DNA of 64,000 nucleotides from an uncultured Acidobacteriota bacterium (GCA_963713825.1 CAVQNG010000025.1:768001-832000), one strand, 5' to 3'. Shown: positions 19,342-28,538, counted from the first letter of the stretch. The notes: a model not told the origin generated them from the letters alone. Numbers and translations: made by a program.

Positions 19342-20336
19342 AGAGGAAGTCCCTTTCGAAAGAACCATCGATTGATGGCCGCATCGCTGACCGTGCACCG
19401 ACTACGGATCACATGTCGACGGCGGCGGATCTCTCGCCGATGTTTCCAGAGCCATCCATAGGCAGCAAGAGAGCTCCTCTCCATGAGCAGCACATAGGCG
19501 AAGGCGGCCAGGTCGCGAAATAGGGCCGGGACACCCGTCAGCAGAAGATTCATGCCGTTCTGGTGATAGCACCGCAAGAGGTAGCGGTTTTTCAACGAGT
19601 GCATGTTGACCTGCTGGGACATCTTCCGGCGCCGACTCGGCAGGTTGTGCCGGCGATGCTCGCAGAGGGCGCCGGGCTCATAGAGAACCTCCCAACCCCG
19701 TTCCTGGAGCCGGAAGCAGAGCTCGGCATCCTCGCGGAAGGAGTGGAACTCGGAGAGAAAGATCTCGCCGTCGACGGCCGCATCGTCCAACGCCTGGCGA
19801 CGAAAGAGCGAAGCCGCACCCGTGGCGCCGAACACCCTGTCGGCGAGCGTCCATCGCCCCTCGACCGGTTCGCCCGAGCCGCGATCGAAATGGCGCCAGG
19901 TGGGTGACAGGACCATGCCGCAGGCGTCCAGAAGCTCTGCTTCGGATGAGTGTCGGGGCCGGGTCAGCCTGCCGGCGAGAGCACCTACCCGAACGTCGGG
20001 ATGCTTCACTGCTCGTTCGAGGAGGCGCGAGACGTAGTGTGGATCCGGTCGGGCGTCGGGGTTCAGGGTCAGCACCCACGGTGCCTCGGTCTGAGCCAGC
20101 GCTTCGTTCATGCCGCCAGCAAAGCCAAGGTTCGCTGACAGGGAGCGGTGCACCAGCGGAATTTCAGGCGGGTGCTCCCGATCGACAACACCGACGCTGT
20201 CGTCGGTACTGGCGCAGTCCACGACCACCAGCTCGAGTGGTCTGTGGCGCAAGGCGCTCACCGACTCGAGGCAGCCTCGCAGGTCGCCCTCGGAGTTGAA
20301 CGTGATGATGCAAACGGCGACTTTCCCCGCTTCCAC
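19338..20336 (-). CDS. Glycosyltransferase family 2
   Basis: VVDCASTDDS, NLGFAGGMN, LTLNPDA, REDAELCFR. Confidence 0.9.
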   Translation of the reverse strand: MEAGKVAVCIITFNSEGDLRGCLESVSALRHRPLELVVVDCASTDDSVGVVDREHPPEIPLVHRSLSANLGFAGGMNEALAQTEAPWVLTLNPDARPDPHYVSRLLERAVKHPDVRVGALAGRLTRPRHSSEAELLDACGMVLSPTWRHFDRGSGEPVEGRWTLADRVFGATGAASLFRRQALDDAAVDGEIFLSEFHSFREDAELCFRLQERGWEVLYEPGALCEHRRHNLPSRRRKMSQQVNMHSLKNRYLLRCYHQNGMNLLLTGVPALFRDLAAFAYVLLMERSSLAAYGWLWKHRREIRRRRHVIRSRCTVSDAAINRWFFRKGLPL

Positions 20337-20339
20337 GAC

Positions 20340-21311
20340 TCAGCCTCCTGATGCTTCCGAGTGGGGTTCATCATGGGGGCTCCGACTGCGGGAGCGAGGT
20401 AGCTTCCAACCGGTCAGCGCTCCGAGGAGCAGCTCGGACAGGCCGCTGAGCGCTTCACGGCGTGAGGCAGCGCGACTCGGCTTTCGAAGAACCAGCAACG
20501 GCATCCTGACCGTGGCTGCGGCTGCAGTCAGCGATCGGGCGACGATAGCCGACGCCTTCGAGTGGTGCTTGCCCAAGTATCGCCCCAGGTTCCGGTAGTA
20601 GGTCCAGAGGAATGGGCCGTATCCCAACTTCGGCACCGTGGCTCCGAGCCGGTGCTCGAAGCTCGCAGCGGGCCAATAGACCAGGGTCCGACCAGCCATC
20701 AGCAGACGCCGCGCCAGATCGACGTCCTCGAACCAGGCCGGAAAGAACTCCGCGTCGAAGCCACCGATCTCTTCCAGAGCGCTGCGTCGCAGGGCGAGGG
20801 CGGCCGCGGCCGGTTGTTCCACGACTGTTCCTGCAGACGGCTCGTCCGCCGGTCCCTGACCGGCTGGAATCATCAGCGACTGGAGAAGGAGGGTAGAGGA
20901 GTGTGGGATGGGACGAAGCTGCCATCGATGCTGGGTGCTGCCGTCTGTCGACACGAGCCTGGGAGCCAGGCCCGCAGCCTCGGGATGATGCTCCAGACCT
21001 TCGATCAATCTCTCCAAGGCTGCCGGCGCTGGCCTGACATCGGCGTTGAGGATCAGAATTATCGGCGCCTCTGTCACTTCGAGGGCGGCGTTGACAGCGC
21101 CTCCGAAACCGAGATTCCTTTCCGGCTCGAGGAGCCGGGCGCCGACGAGCCCTCCTCCCAGAGATCTGGAGTTGTCAACGACGATCAGCTCGAATCGGCT
21201 GTCTACGGGCCAGGCCTCCGCAAGCTTCAGAAGCTCTTCGTCGCAGTGCCAATTGACCGCGATTCCTGTCAGGACCGGGCCTGTGGTGCGACCTGGAGTA
21301 GTAGTTGACAC
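20340..21311 (-). CDS. Glycosyltransferase family 2
   Basis: VVDNS, NLGFGGAVN, LILNAD, GGFDAEFFPAWFEDVDL. Start moved to GTG 21311, just after the upstream stop; exact start uncertain. Confidence 0.85.
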   Translation of the reverse strand: MSTTTPGRTTGPVLTGIAVNWHCDEELLKLAEAWPVDSRFELIVVDNSRSLGGGLVGARLLEPERNLGFGGAVNAALEVTEAPIILILNADVRPAPAALERLIEGLEHHPEAAGLAPRLVSTDGSTQHRWQLRPIPHSSTLLLQSLMIPAGQGPADEPSAGTVVEQPAAAALALRRSALEEIGGFDAEFFPAWFEDVDLARRLLMAGRTLVYWPAASFEHRLGATVPKLGYGPFLWTYYRNLGRYLGKHHSKASAIVARSLTAAAATVRMPLLVLRKPSRAASRREALSGLSELLLGALTGWKLPRSRSRSPHDEPHSEASGG

Positions 21312-21321
21312 TCCGCTAACT

Positions 21322-22254
21322 CTACTCGGGTTTGTGTCGGTGATCGACGCCGATTTGTGGCTCACCCGTGTTGGCGAAGAGGCTGAGGTTGGTCGCGGCT
21401 CGCACCCAGCCATCCAGGATACCGACAGATTTTCGAACGTCGAGATCGACAGCTGCCCGTCCAAGGTCGAGCATGTCTCGGCCGAGGAGCTTCGGGAGGT
21501 GACTCCAGAACGTTCGGCCCTGGGTTCGAGCCAAGACCAGGTACCGATTGCCATAGATCAGGCTGTAGCGGTGCATGGGCTGCTTCTTGGTGGTTGTCCC
21601 ACTGGCGTGAAAGGCTCGCGCTGCCGGTACCGAGAGGGCCGTGTAGCCGGCAGCTCGGAGTCGGCAGGCGAGGTCCACATCCTCGTAGTAGGACTCGAGT
21701 CGGACGTCGAAGAACTCCGAATCCGCCAGGGCCACTGCGTCCAGTGCCGCGCGCTTGTAGAGTGCTGCCGTAGCTGACACGCCAAAGGTCTCCTCTGCCG
21801 GCAGGCTGACCGTCGGAGCAGCGTCCCCGTGACCCTTTTGGATAGCCTGCCAGCTGCGGTTCCATTCGAGGCCCCGCCCATCCACTCGGTCCGGTTGCAG
21901 CATCTGCAGGTTCAGTCCTTGAGCAGCGGCGGCCCGCGGCGCTGCGCCCAACGCCGCGATCAGGGTGGAGGCCCAATCGGGCTCGATCGTGGCGTCGTCA
22001 TTGAGCAGCGCGACGTATTCCGAGGTGCTCACGGCGATGCCCAGGTTGCAGGCCTCGGAAAAGCCAACTCCACGGTGGGTAGCCACGAGCTTCAGTCCCG
22101 GTACCGATTCGAACCGCGGCTCCATGGTTGGAGGGTGAACCAGAAGAACTTCGACTCGCACACCTTCCGAGGCAGCTGCCGACTCGAGGCAGTCCTTCAG
22201 ATAGTGGCTGGCCCCCAGGGAGGGGACCACGAAGGTCACGTCAGGATTCGGCAA
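21322..22254 (-). CDS. Glycosyltransferase family 2
   Basis: GFSEACNLG, ALLNDDA, SYYEDVDLACR. Confidence 0.88.
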   Translation of the reverse strand: MPNPDVTFVVPSLGASHYLKDCLESAAASEGVRVEVLLVHPPTMEPRFESVPGLKLVATHRGVGFSEACNLGIAVSTSEYVALLNDDATIEPDWASTLIAALGAAPRAAAAQGLNLQMLQPDRVDGRGLEWNRSWQAIQKGHGDAAPTVSLPAEETFGVSATAALYKRAALDAVALADSEFFDVRLESYYEDVDLACRLRAAGYTALSVPAARAFHASGTTTKKQPMHRYSLIYGNRYLVLARTQGRTFWSHLPKLLGRDMLDLGRAAVDLDVRKSVGILDGWVRAATNLSLFANTGEPQIGVDHRHKPE

Positions 22255-23056
22255 AACCTTCCGAGTACCGTTGCAGGACTTCGTCTGTCGGTCCTGCGGC
22301 CTTCAATTGTCCGCGCTCGATCCAGATGGCTCGAGTGCAGTGATCGGCAATGGCCTCCATTTGATGGGATACCAGGAGGATCGCCGTGCCTTGCGACCGG
22401 AATTCATGGATCCTCGCCAGGCACTTTTCCTGAAACCCCGCGTCGCCAACGGCCAGCAGCTCGTCGATCAACAGGATGTCGGGCCGGAACATGGTCGCCA
22501 CGGCAAATCCGAGGCGGGCCAGCATGCCGCTGGAGTAGTTGCGAATCGGCAAATCGATGAACTCTTCGAGCTCGGAGAAGGCGATGACCTCGGCGAGATG
22601 AGCCTGCACGACCCGACTGGAGTAGCCGAAGAGAGCTGCATTGAGGAAGACGTTCTCCCGGCCGGTCAAGTCGTAGTGGAATCCGGCGCCCAGTTCCAAG
22701 AGGGGAGCGACCTGTCCTCGCACCACAACCCGGCCGCCCGTTGGTGTCAGAACCCTGGAGATCACTTTCAGAAGTGTGCTCTTGCCGGCTCCATTGCGCC
22801 CCACGACGCCGACAAACTCTCCAGGCCGGATGTCCAGGTCCAACGATCGCAAGGCCCAGAGCTCACGATGCTCGAGTTTGCCGGTGATGCGCTTCAGCAC
22901 ATACTCCTTGAAGCTGACGATTCTCTCGGTCGGCATCGAGAAGCGGACTTCGATGCTGGTCAGAGCGATCGCGGACTCGACGGTCTGGGGACTCTCCCGG
23001 GAGGGGGCCGGTGCCGTGTCAGCTACGGTAGTCAAAAACGCTCCTCTGGGTGGCAA
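22241..23056 (-). CDS. wzt: Polysaccharide ABC exporter ATP-binding subunit, lacking a C-terminal carbohydrate-binding domain
   Basis: GRNGAGKSTLL, LELGAGFH.DLTGREN, YSSGM.ARLGFA, DELLAVGDA.FQ.KC; start uncertain. Confidence 0.9.
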   Translation of the reverse strand: MPPRGAFLTTVADTAPAPSRESPQTVESAIALTSIEVRFSMPTERIVSFKEYVLKRITGKLEHRELWALRSLDLDIRPGEFVGVVGRNGAGKSTLLKVISRVLTPTGGRVVVRGQVAPLLELGAGFHYDLTGRENVFLNAALFGYSSRVVQAHLAEVIAFSELEEFIDLPIRNYSSGMLARLGFAVATMFRPDILLIDELLAVGDAGFQEKCLARIHEFRSQGTAILLVSHQMEAIADHCTRAIWIERGQLKAAGPTDEVLQRYSEGFAES

Positions 23057-23900
23057 ACACCCACCATCCTACGGCCAGGGAGGCCAGGCTGAAGCCAATG
23101 GCAGCCAGCCAGTTCTCGACCGGTGCCACACGGCCCAGAATGACCGGGTCTCGGACCAGGACCACGAGGTGATAAAGGGGATTGAGGAGGAAGTACTTCT
23201 GAAACTGAGGCGGCACGATCTCCAGTGGATAAATGATGGGAGTGGCGTAGAGCCACCCAGTGAGCAGCACCTGGTAGGTCAGCTTCACGTCGTGAAAAAA
23301 GGCTCCCAGGGTAGCGACCAGGAGACCTACCCCCAACGCGAACAGGGCGGTGATCAGCATGCCGAGTGGGATGGTCACGAGAGCCCAGGACAGAGGATGA
23401 TGCAGGAAAAGCATGATCCCGAAGAGTGGAATCAGGGCGATCGCCCAGCTCACGAGATAGGTGATCACCGTGGCAACTGCGAAAGCGCTGCGGGGCACAT
23501 AGATGCGGCTCGCCAGGCCCAGGCTGGCAACGGTCTCTTCCACGATCTGTAGAGTCGAACGATTGAAGAAATCGAACAACAGCAAGCCCGACAAGATGTA
23601 GAGAGGATAGGGGTAGTCGCCGGCCTCGAAACGAAACACCTGGGAGAAGACGATCGTCAGGATCGTCATCAACATCAACGGTTCGAGCAGGGTCCAAAGG
23701 ACTCCGAGAATGGACCGCTTGTACCGGAGCTTGATGTTGCGTCGACTCCACTGCAGGACCAGATCCCAGAACCGGACCAGCTCCTGGGCTTCTTCGATCG
23801 CTGGATGAGGTCTCTTGGCGGAGTCGTAGACTTGCCGTCGTAGCGCAGGCGAAGTCGGGGCTGAGGTGGAAGAGAGAGTCATCGACCGACTTCCAGTCAC
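23019..23900 (-). CDS. wzm: Polysaccharide ABC exporter permease
   Basis: RYKRSILG.LW.LL.PL, YATPIIYP, LNPL; multiple TM segments; adjacent to wzt. Confidence 0.9.
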   Translation of the reverse strand: MTGSRSMTLSSTSAPTSPALRRQVYDSAKRPHPAIEEAQELVRFWDLVLQWSRRNIKLRYKRSILGVLWTLLEPLMLMTILTIVFSQVFRFEAGDYPYPLYILSGLLLFDFFNRSTLQIVEETVASLGLASRIYVPRSAFAVATVITYLVSWAIALIPLFGIMLFLHHPLSWALVTIPLGMLITALFALGVGLLVATLGAFFHDVKLTYQVLLTGWLYATPIIYPLEIVPPQFQKYFLLNPLYHLVVLVRDPVILGRVAPVENWLAAIGFSLASLAVGWWVFATQRSVFDYRS

Positions 23901-23976
23901 GGAGCTCGGGTACTCAGGGTCAACCCCACCTAGCCGAGCGGCTCAGGACGATCCGGAGCTCTGATCCCACAGTCGC

Positions 23977-24213
23977 CTATGGGACTTCGGGCTCGTCATT
24001 CTCGTCGTCGGGAGCGACGACCGATTCCGTCCACTCCCGCTCGTCGCCAGCCTCGAAACCGTCTTCGTGGATGGCGGGCTCTCCTTCGGACGTGACGCTG
24101 GCTTCCGGATTCGGAGCCTGGTCAGTTTCACCTTCTGGCGAGGAGCCGCTGCAGGCGACGAGGGAGGAAACCAGCAGGATGGCAGCGAAGATCGTTGAGA
24201 AACGCCGTTTCAT
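23977..24213 (-). CDS. Small lipoprotein with acidic linker and IHEDGFEAGD motif
   Basis: MKRRF, hydrophobic stretch, LVAC lipobox; lies in otherwise empty intergenic space. Confidence 0.7.
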   Translation of the reverse strand: MKRRFSTIFAAILLVSSLVACSGSSPEGETDQAPNPEASVTSEGEPAIHEDGFEAGDEREWTESVVAPDDENDEPEVP

Positions 24214-24375
24214 GATGATTCGATCCTATACCACCGGGCTCCTGGTTGACCGTGAGAAGTCACACCTGTGATCGGCAAGGCATGGAGTGCCTCGACCCCA
24301 CTTGAGAATCGACCCTGTGTCTCAGAGTGCTTCGACGCTGGAGAGGTTCCAGCGGCAGTCCGAACTGGAGGCTTG

Positions 24376-24384
24376 TGGTATCAT
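24376..24384 (+). promoter_or_regulatory. Putative extended -10 promoter for infC
   Basis: TGGTATCAT (TGnTAnnnT) about 195 bp upstream of the infC start. Confidence 0.4.
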
Positions 24385-24579
24385 TGCAATTCGTGTTTTT
24401 CACGTCTTCCATCGCAACGGTTGCGTGCCCGGTCCCTGCACTTGGGCCCCTCCTACCAGCGTGACTGTTCAGTGTTAGTCCCCTTCGATGCTTCGGAAAC
24501 CAGGTGAGCTCTGAGTTGCTCGCTTTGTTCGTCGTGGTCCCACAACCGAACTTAAGCCATACTGGAAAGGAGTCTAGAA

Positions 24580-25167
24580 ATTAGTAAGGATATTCAGCCC
24601 CGCGTAAATCGCCAGATTCGAAAGAGTCCGGTGCGGCTCATCGACGTCGACGGTGCCCAGTTGGGCGTAGTGCCATTGGAGGATGCCCGCAAGAGGGCCG
24701 AGGACAGCGGTCTGGATCTCGTCGAGGTCGGTGCCGGTGCAAACCCGCCGGTTGTCCGAATTCTCGATTGGGGCAAGCTCAAGTACGAAAAAGAGAAGAA
24801 GGCCCGTGAGGCCAGGAAGAAGACCCACGTCATCGAGGTCAAGGAAGTGAAGTACCGGCCGAGCATCGACGAGCACGACTACGAGATCAAGACGAAGCGT
24901 GCCCGCCGGTTCCTCGAGACCGGGAAGAAGGTCAAAGTGACCATCTTCTTCCGCTATCGCCAGCTGCGCAGGCCAGAGCTGGGAGTGCAGATCTTGGACA
25001 AGGTAACCAAGGCATTGGCCGACGTCGGAACCGTCGAGTCGAGGTCTCGTCTCGATGGGCGTCGAATGGTCATGGTCCTGGCTCCGTTGCCGACAGAAAC
25101 CCAGAAGAAGCAACAGGACACGGCCTCCAAGAAGAGCCAGAAGCCGTCTCCCGCCGCAACACCCTGA
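24580..25167 (+). CDS. infC: Translation initiation factor IF-3 with ATT start
   Basis: GAAAGGAG RBS then in-frame ATT at 24580 (ISKDIQPRVNRQIR...VRLID), DLVEV...PPV.RILDWGK.KYE, VKEVKYRP.IDEHDY. Confidence 0.95.
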   Translation: MSKDIQPRVNRQIRKSPVRLIDVDGAQLGVVPLEDARKRAEDSGLDLVEVGAGANPPVVRILDWGKLKYEKEKKAREARKKTHVIEVKEVKYRPSIDEHDYEIKTKRARRFLETGKKVKVTIFFRYRQLRRPELGVQILDKVTKALADVGTVESRSRLDGRRMVMVLAPLPTETQKKQQDTASKKSQKPSPAATP

Positions 25168-25182
25168 TTCTCAGGAGCTCCC

Positions 25183-26511
25183 TCAGGAGGACTCTGTCTC
25201 CGCTACCGCTCTGACCGCCCGCTCGATAGCTCCCGGCTCCAGTTCCTCCAGCTCATAACGGACATTGGCGACCGGCTTGTTGATCTTGAGGACTCTCCCA
25301 AGCTCGATGGGAGTGCCCTCCACCACAACATCCGCGTCGACAGCGTTGATCGTGGCCTCCAATTCGCGGATCTGGTCCTCACCGTAGCCCATTGCGGGTA
25401 GGACCCTTCTCGAGTTGGGATAGGCCTCGTAGGTGTCCTTGATCGAGCCGACGGCGTAGGGAACAGGATCGACGATCTCGGCGGCACCTGAGTTCTGAGC
25501 CGCGAACCAGCCGGCCCCATAGCTCATCCCACCATGGGTCAGAGTCGGTCCATCTTCGATGACCAGGGCCCGCTTGCCGCGAATCAACTCTGGCTGATCC
25601 ACGGTGATGGCGGAGCGACACTGCACCACTTCCGCTTCGGGGTTGTAGGCCTGGCAGTTGTCCAGCACGGTCTGCAGATCCTCGGGGTTCGCCGTCTCCA
25701 CCTTGTTGACGATCAACATGTCGGCCAGCAAGAAGTTGGTCTCGCCAGGGAAATAGCTCAGTTCGTGGCCCGGCCGGTGGGGGTCCACCAGGGTCATGAA
25801 GAGGTCGGGTCGGTAGAAGGGTGTGTCGTTGTTGCCCCCGTCCCAGAGGATCAGGTCGGCTTCCTTCTCCGCCTCCCGCAGGATCTTCTCGTAGTCGATT
25901 CCGGCATAGACGACGAAGCCGTTGTCGATGTGCGGCTCGTACTCCTCGCGCTCTTCGATCGTGCATTCATGGCGGTCGAGGTCCTCATAGGCGGCGAACC
26001 TCTGGCAGATCTGCTTCGATAGATCTCCGTAAGGCATGGGGTGGCGGACCGCCACCACCTTCTTGCCGAGTTGCCTCAGGATCCTGGAGACGTAACGACT
26101 GGTCTGCGACTTGCCGACACCCGTTCGCACGGCGGTGATCGCGATGACCGGTTTGGAGGAAGCCAACATGGTCTTGCTCACCGAGCAGACTCCGAAGTGG
26201 CTCCCCCAGCCGATCACCCGACTGGCCTTGTCCATGACGTAGTCGAAGGGCACATCCGAATACGAGAACCAGACCTCATCGACCTTCTTCTCCCTGACGA
26301 TCGCTTCCAGGTCCTCCTCTGCGTGGATGGGGACGCCCTCCGGGTAGAGGTCACCTGCTAGCTCGGTGGGGTAGGTGCGACCCTCGATGTCGGGAATCTG
26401 GGTGGCCGTGAAAGCCACGACGTCATAGTCGGAGTTATCGCGAAACAAGCAGTTGAAATTGTGGAAATCACGTCCTGCTGCACCCATGATCACAACCCTG
26501 GTACGTGCCAT
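25183..26511 (-). CDS. COG2403 P-loop protein (cyclic 2,3-diphosphoglycerate synthetase-like / predicted GTPase family)
   Basis: IMGAAGRDFHNFN, AVRTGVGKSQ, RHPMPYGDL, TIEEREEYEPH, WDGGNND, EDGPTLTHGGM. Confidence 0.85.
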   Translation of the reverse strand: MARTRVVIMGAAGRDFHNFNCLFRDNSDYDVVAFTATQIPDIEGRTYPTELAGDLYPEGVPIHAEEDLEAIVREKKVDEVWFSYSDVPFDYVMDKASRVIGWGSHFGVCSVSKTMLASSKPVIAITAVRTGVGKSQTSRYVSRILRQLGKKVVAVRHPMPYGDLSKQICQRFAAYEDLDRHECTIEEREEYEPHIDNGFVVYAGIDYEKILREAEKEADLILWDGGNNDTPFYRPDLFMTLVDPHRPGHELSYFPGETNFLLADMLIVNKVETANPEDLQTVLDNCQAYNPEAEVVQCRSAITVDQPELIRGKRALVIEDGPTLTHGGMSYGAGWFAAQNSGAAEIVDPVPYAVGSIKDTYEAYPNSRRVLPAMGYGEDQIRELEATINAVDADVVVEGTPIELGRVLKINKPVANVRYELEELEPGAIERAVRAVAETESS

Positions 26512-26849
26512 CGATCGTTCCTCCTGGAGTCTGACTGAAAGGTGTTCGAAGCAGACCTGCGGTGGCCAGACTACCCCTAATCGGATCGTTGATCAAACCC
26601 CACCTGTCCGGGCGGGGTTCGAGCCTGCCTGAGAAGTCGTGGCGGCACCCCTCGGTAGATGAAACAATGCACTCCCAGTGCCGATCCACCCCTCGGTGGT
26701 AGAACCTCTTGCTTCGGACCCTCGTCGTCCTGCAGAGAGGTGAGCGGGTGAGGCCGGCGGCTTTGCGATGCTGTGGATTCTGAGATAATCGGCGGAGACT
26801 TTAGGTCCTGCCGCACGTCCGTGCTTCCAGACACAAGGAGACTGAACTC

Positions 26850-28499
26850 ATGAGCCCGACACCTGTGCCCCGTCCGATCGGAGAAGTCGCAGCGGATCTC
26901 GGAGTAAGACCCGAACACCTGGTGCCCTATGGCGATGACAAGGCGAAGATCCGGCCCGAAGCGCGAGACAGCGGCAGGGCGCCCGGCAAGCTGGTTCTGG
27001 TCTCGGCGATCACACCGACCAGCGCTGGAGAGGGCAAGACGACCACCTCGATCGGTCTGGCTCAGGGCATGGCCAAGATCGGCAAGCAAGTCTGTCTGGC
27101 GCTTCGTGAACCCTCTCTGGGACCGACATTCGGCTTGAAGGGGGGCGCCACAGGTGGCGGCAAGTCCGTTCTGGTGCCGACAGCCGACATCAATCTCCAT
27201 TTCACGGGTGACTTTCACGCCATCACCTCGGCCAACAATCTGCTCGCTGCGATCGTTGACAATCACATCTACCACGGCAAGAAGCCGAGGATCGATTCTC
27301 GGCAGGTCCTCTGGCGTCGGGTCATCGATCTCAACGACCGAGCCCTGCGCCACGTCGTGATCGGCCTTGGCGGCAAGCTGCAGGGTGTTCCCCGAGAGAC
27401 CGGCTTCGACATCACGCCGGCCTCCGAAATCATGGCTGTGCTCTGTCTCGCCGAGAACGAAAATGACCTCAGGGCACGTCTGGCCAGGCTGCTCGTGGCC
27501 TTTACCTACAGAAACGAGCCGGTAAAGGCCGCCGACCTGGAAGCCGTCGGCGCCATGATGGTTCTTCTGAGGGATGCGCTGATGCCGAATCTCGTGCAGA
27601 CAGGTGAGGGTGTTCCGGCGATGGTTCACGGTGGGCCCTTCGCCAACATCGCCCACGGCTGCAACTCGGTCATCGCCACCAAGATGGCCATGGCGTATAG
27701 CGATTGGACGATCACCGAAGCCGGATTCGGCTTCGATCTCGGGGCGGAGAAGTTCTTCGATATCAAGTGTGTTTCCGCCGGCCTCGATCCCGCCGCTGTC
27801 GTCTTGGTGGCAACGATCAGGGCGCTGAAGCGGCATGGAGGGGTGGCCAAGGCGGACTTGGACAAGCCGGATGCGCAGGCCGTCGAGCGTGGCCTGGGCA
27901 ATCTTCGCAAGCACGTCGAGAACATTCGCGCCTTTGGAGAAACCCCCGTGGTGGCCCTCAACAAGTTCGGTGCCGACACCCCTGACGAGATTGCGGTGGT
28001 GCGTGAGGCCTGCGAAGCCATGGGGGCTCCGTTTGCCGTGTCGGATATCTTCGACAAAGGAGGCGACGGCGGTGTCGAGTTGGCCGAAACCCTCGTCCAT
28101 CACGCCGAGAAGGCATCAGGTCCTTTCCGACCGCTCTACGATTGGTCGGAGCCGGTGAAGAACAAGATCGGCAAGATCGCTCGGTCCATGTATGGAGCCA
28201 GCGAAATCGCCTATACCAAGCCCGCGGAGCGCCAGCTCAAGAGGATCGAAGAGTTGGGCTACGACAACCTGCCGATCTGCATGGCCAAGACGCCGACCTC
28301 GCTGACGGACGATCCGACTCTAGCGGGGAGACCGACGGATTTCGGTATTACGGTGCGTGATTTCGTGGTCTCGGCCGGAGCCGGATTCGTGGTGCCGCTG
28401 CTGGGCGACATCATGCGTATGCCTGGCCTGCCGGTCACGCCGCAGGCGAGTCGGATGGATCTGGAGGATGGAGAAGTGAAGGGCCTGCTGGGAGGCTGA
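26850..28499 (+). CDS. fhs: Formate--tetrahydrofolate ligase
   Basis: TPTSAGEGKTTT, REPSLGP.FG.KGGA.GGG, INLHFTGDFHAI, HGGPFANIAHGCNS, TEAGFG.DLGAEKF, MPGLP. Confidence 0.97.
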   Translation: MSPTPVPRPIGEVAADLGVRPEHLVPYGDDKAKIRPEARDSGRAPGKLVLVSAITPTSAGEGKTTTSIGLAQGMAKIGKQVCLALREPSLGPTFGLKGGATGGGKSVLVPTADINLHFTGDFHAITSANNLLAAIVDNHIYHGKKPRIDSRQVLWRRVIDLNDRALRHVVIGLGGKLQGVPRETGFDITPASEIMAVLCLAENENDLRARLARLLVAFTYRNEPVKAADLEAVGAMMVLLRDALMPNLVQTGEGVPAMVHGGPFANIAHGCNSVIATKMAMAYSDWTITEAGFGFDLGAEKFFDIKCVSAGLDPAAVVLVATIRALKRHGGVAKADLDKPDAQAVERGLGNLRKHVENIRAFGETPVVALNKFGADTPDEIAVVREACEAMGAPFAVSDIFDKGGDGGVELAETLVHHAEKASGPFRPLYDWSEPVKNKIGKIARSMYGASEIAYTKPAERQLKRIEELGYDNLPICMAKTPTSLTDDPTLAGRPTDFGITVRDFVVSAGAGFVVPLLGDIMRMPGLPVTPQASRMDLEDGEVKGLLGG

Positions 28500-28515
28500 A
28501 GAAATAGATCAATCG

Positions 28516-28538
28516 GGGGGTCGTCCGCGACCCCCTTT
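28516..28538 (+). terminator. Hairpin terminator between convergent genes
   Basis: GGGGGTCG-TCCG-CGACCCCC followed by TTT. Confidence 0.65.

Noticed and set aside
26700-26849. ZMP/ZTP or THF riboswitch upstream of fhs
   Set aside because: Expected from context, but I found no GACUGGCG...GCCUGGGC or THF-type consensus on the plus strand.
26577-28103. 508-aa minus-strand ORF
   Set aside because: Antisense shadow of fhs, typical of high-GC DNA; no motifs.
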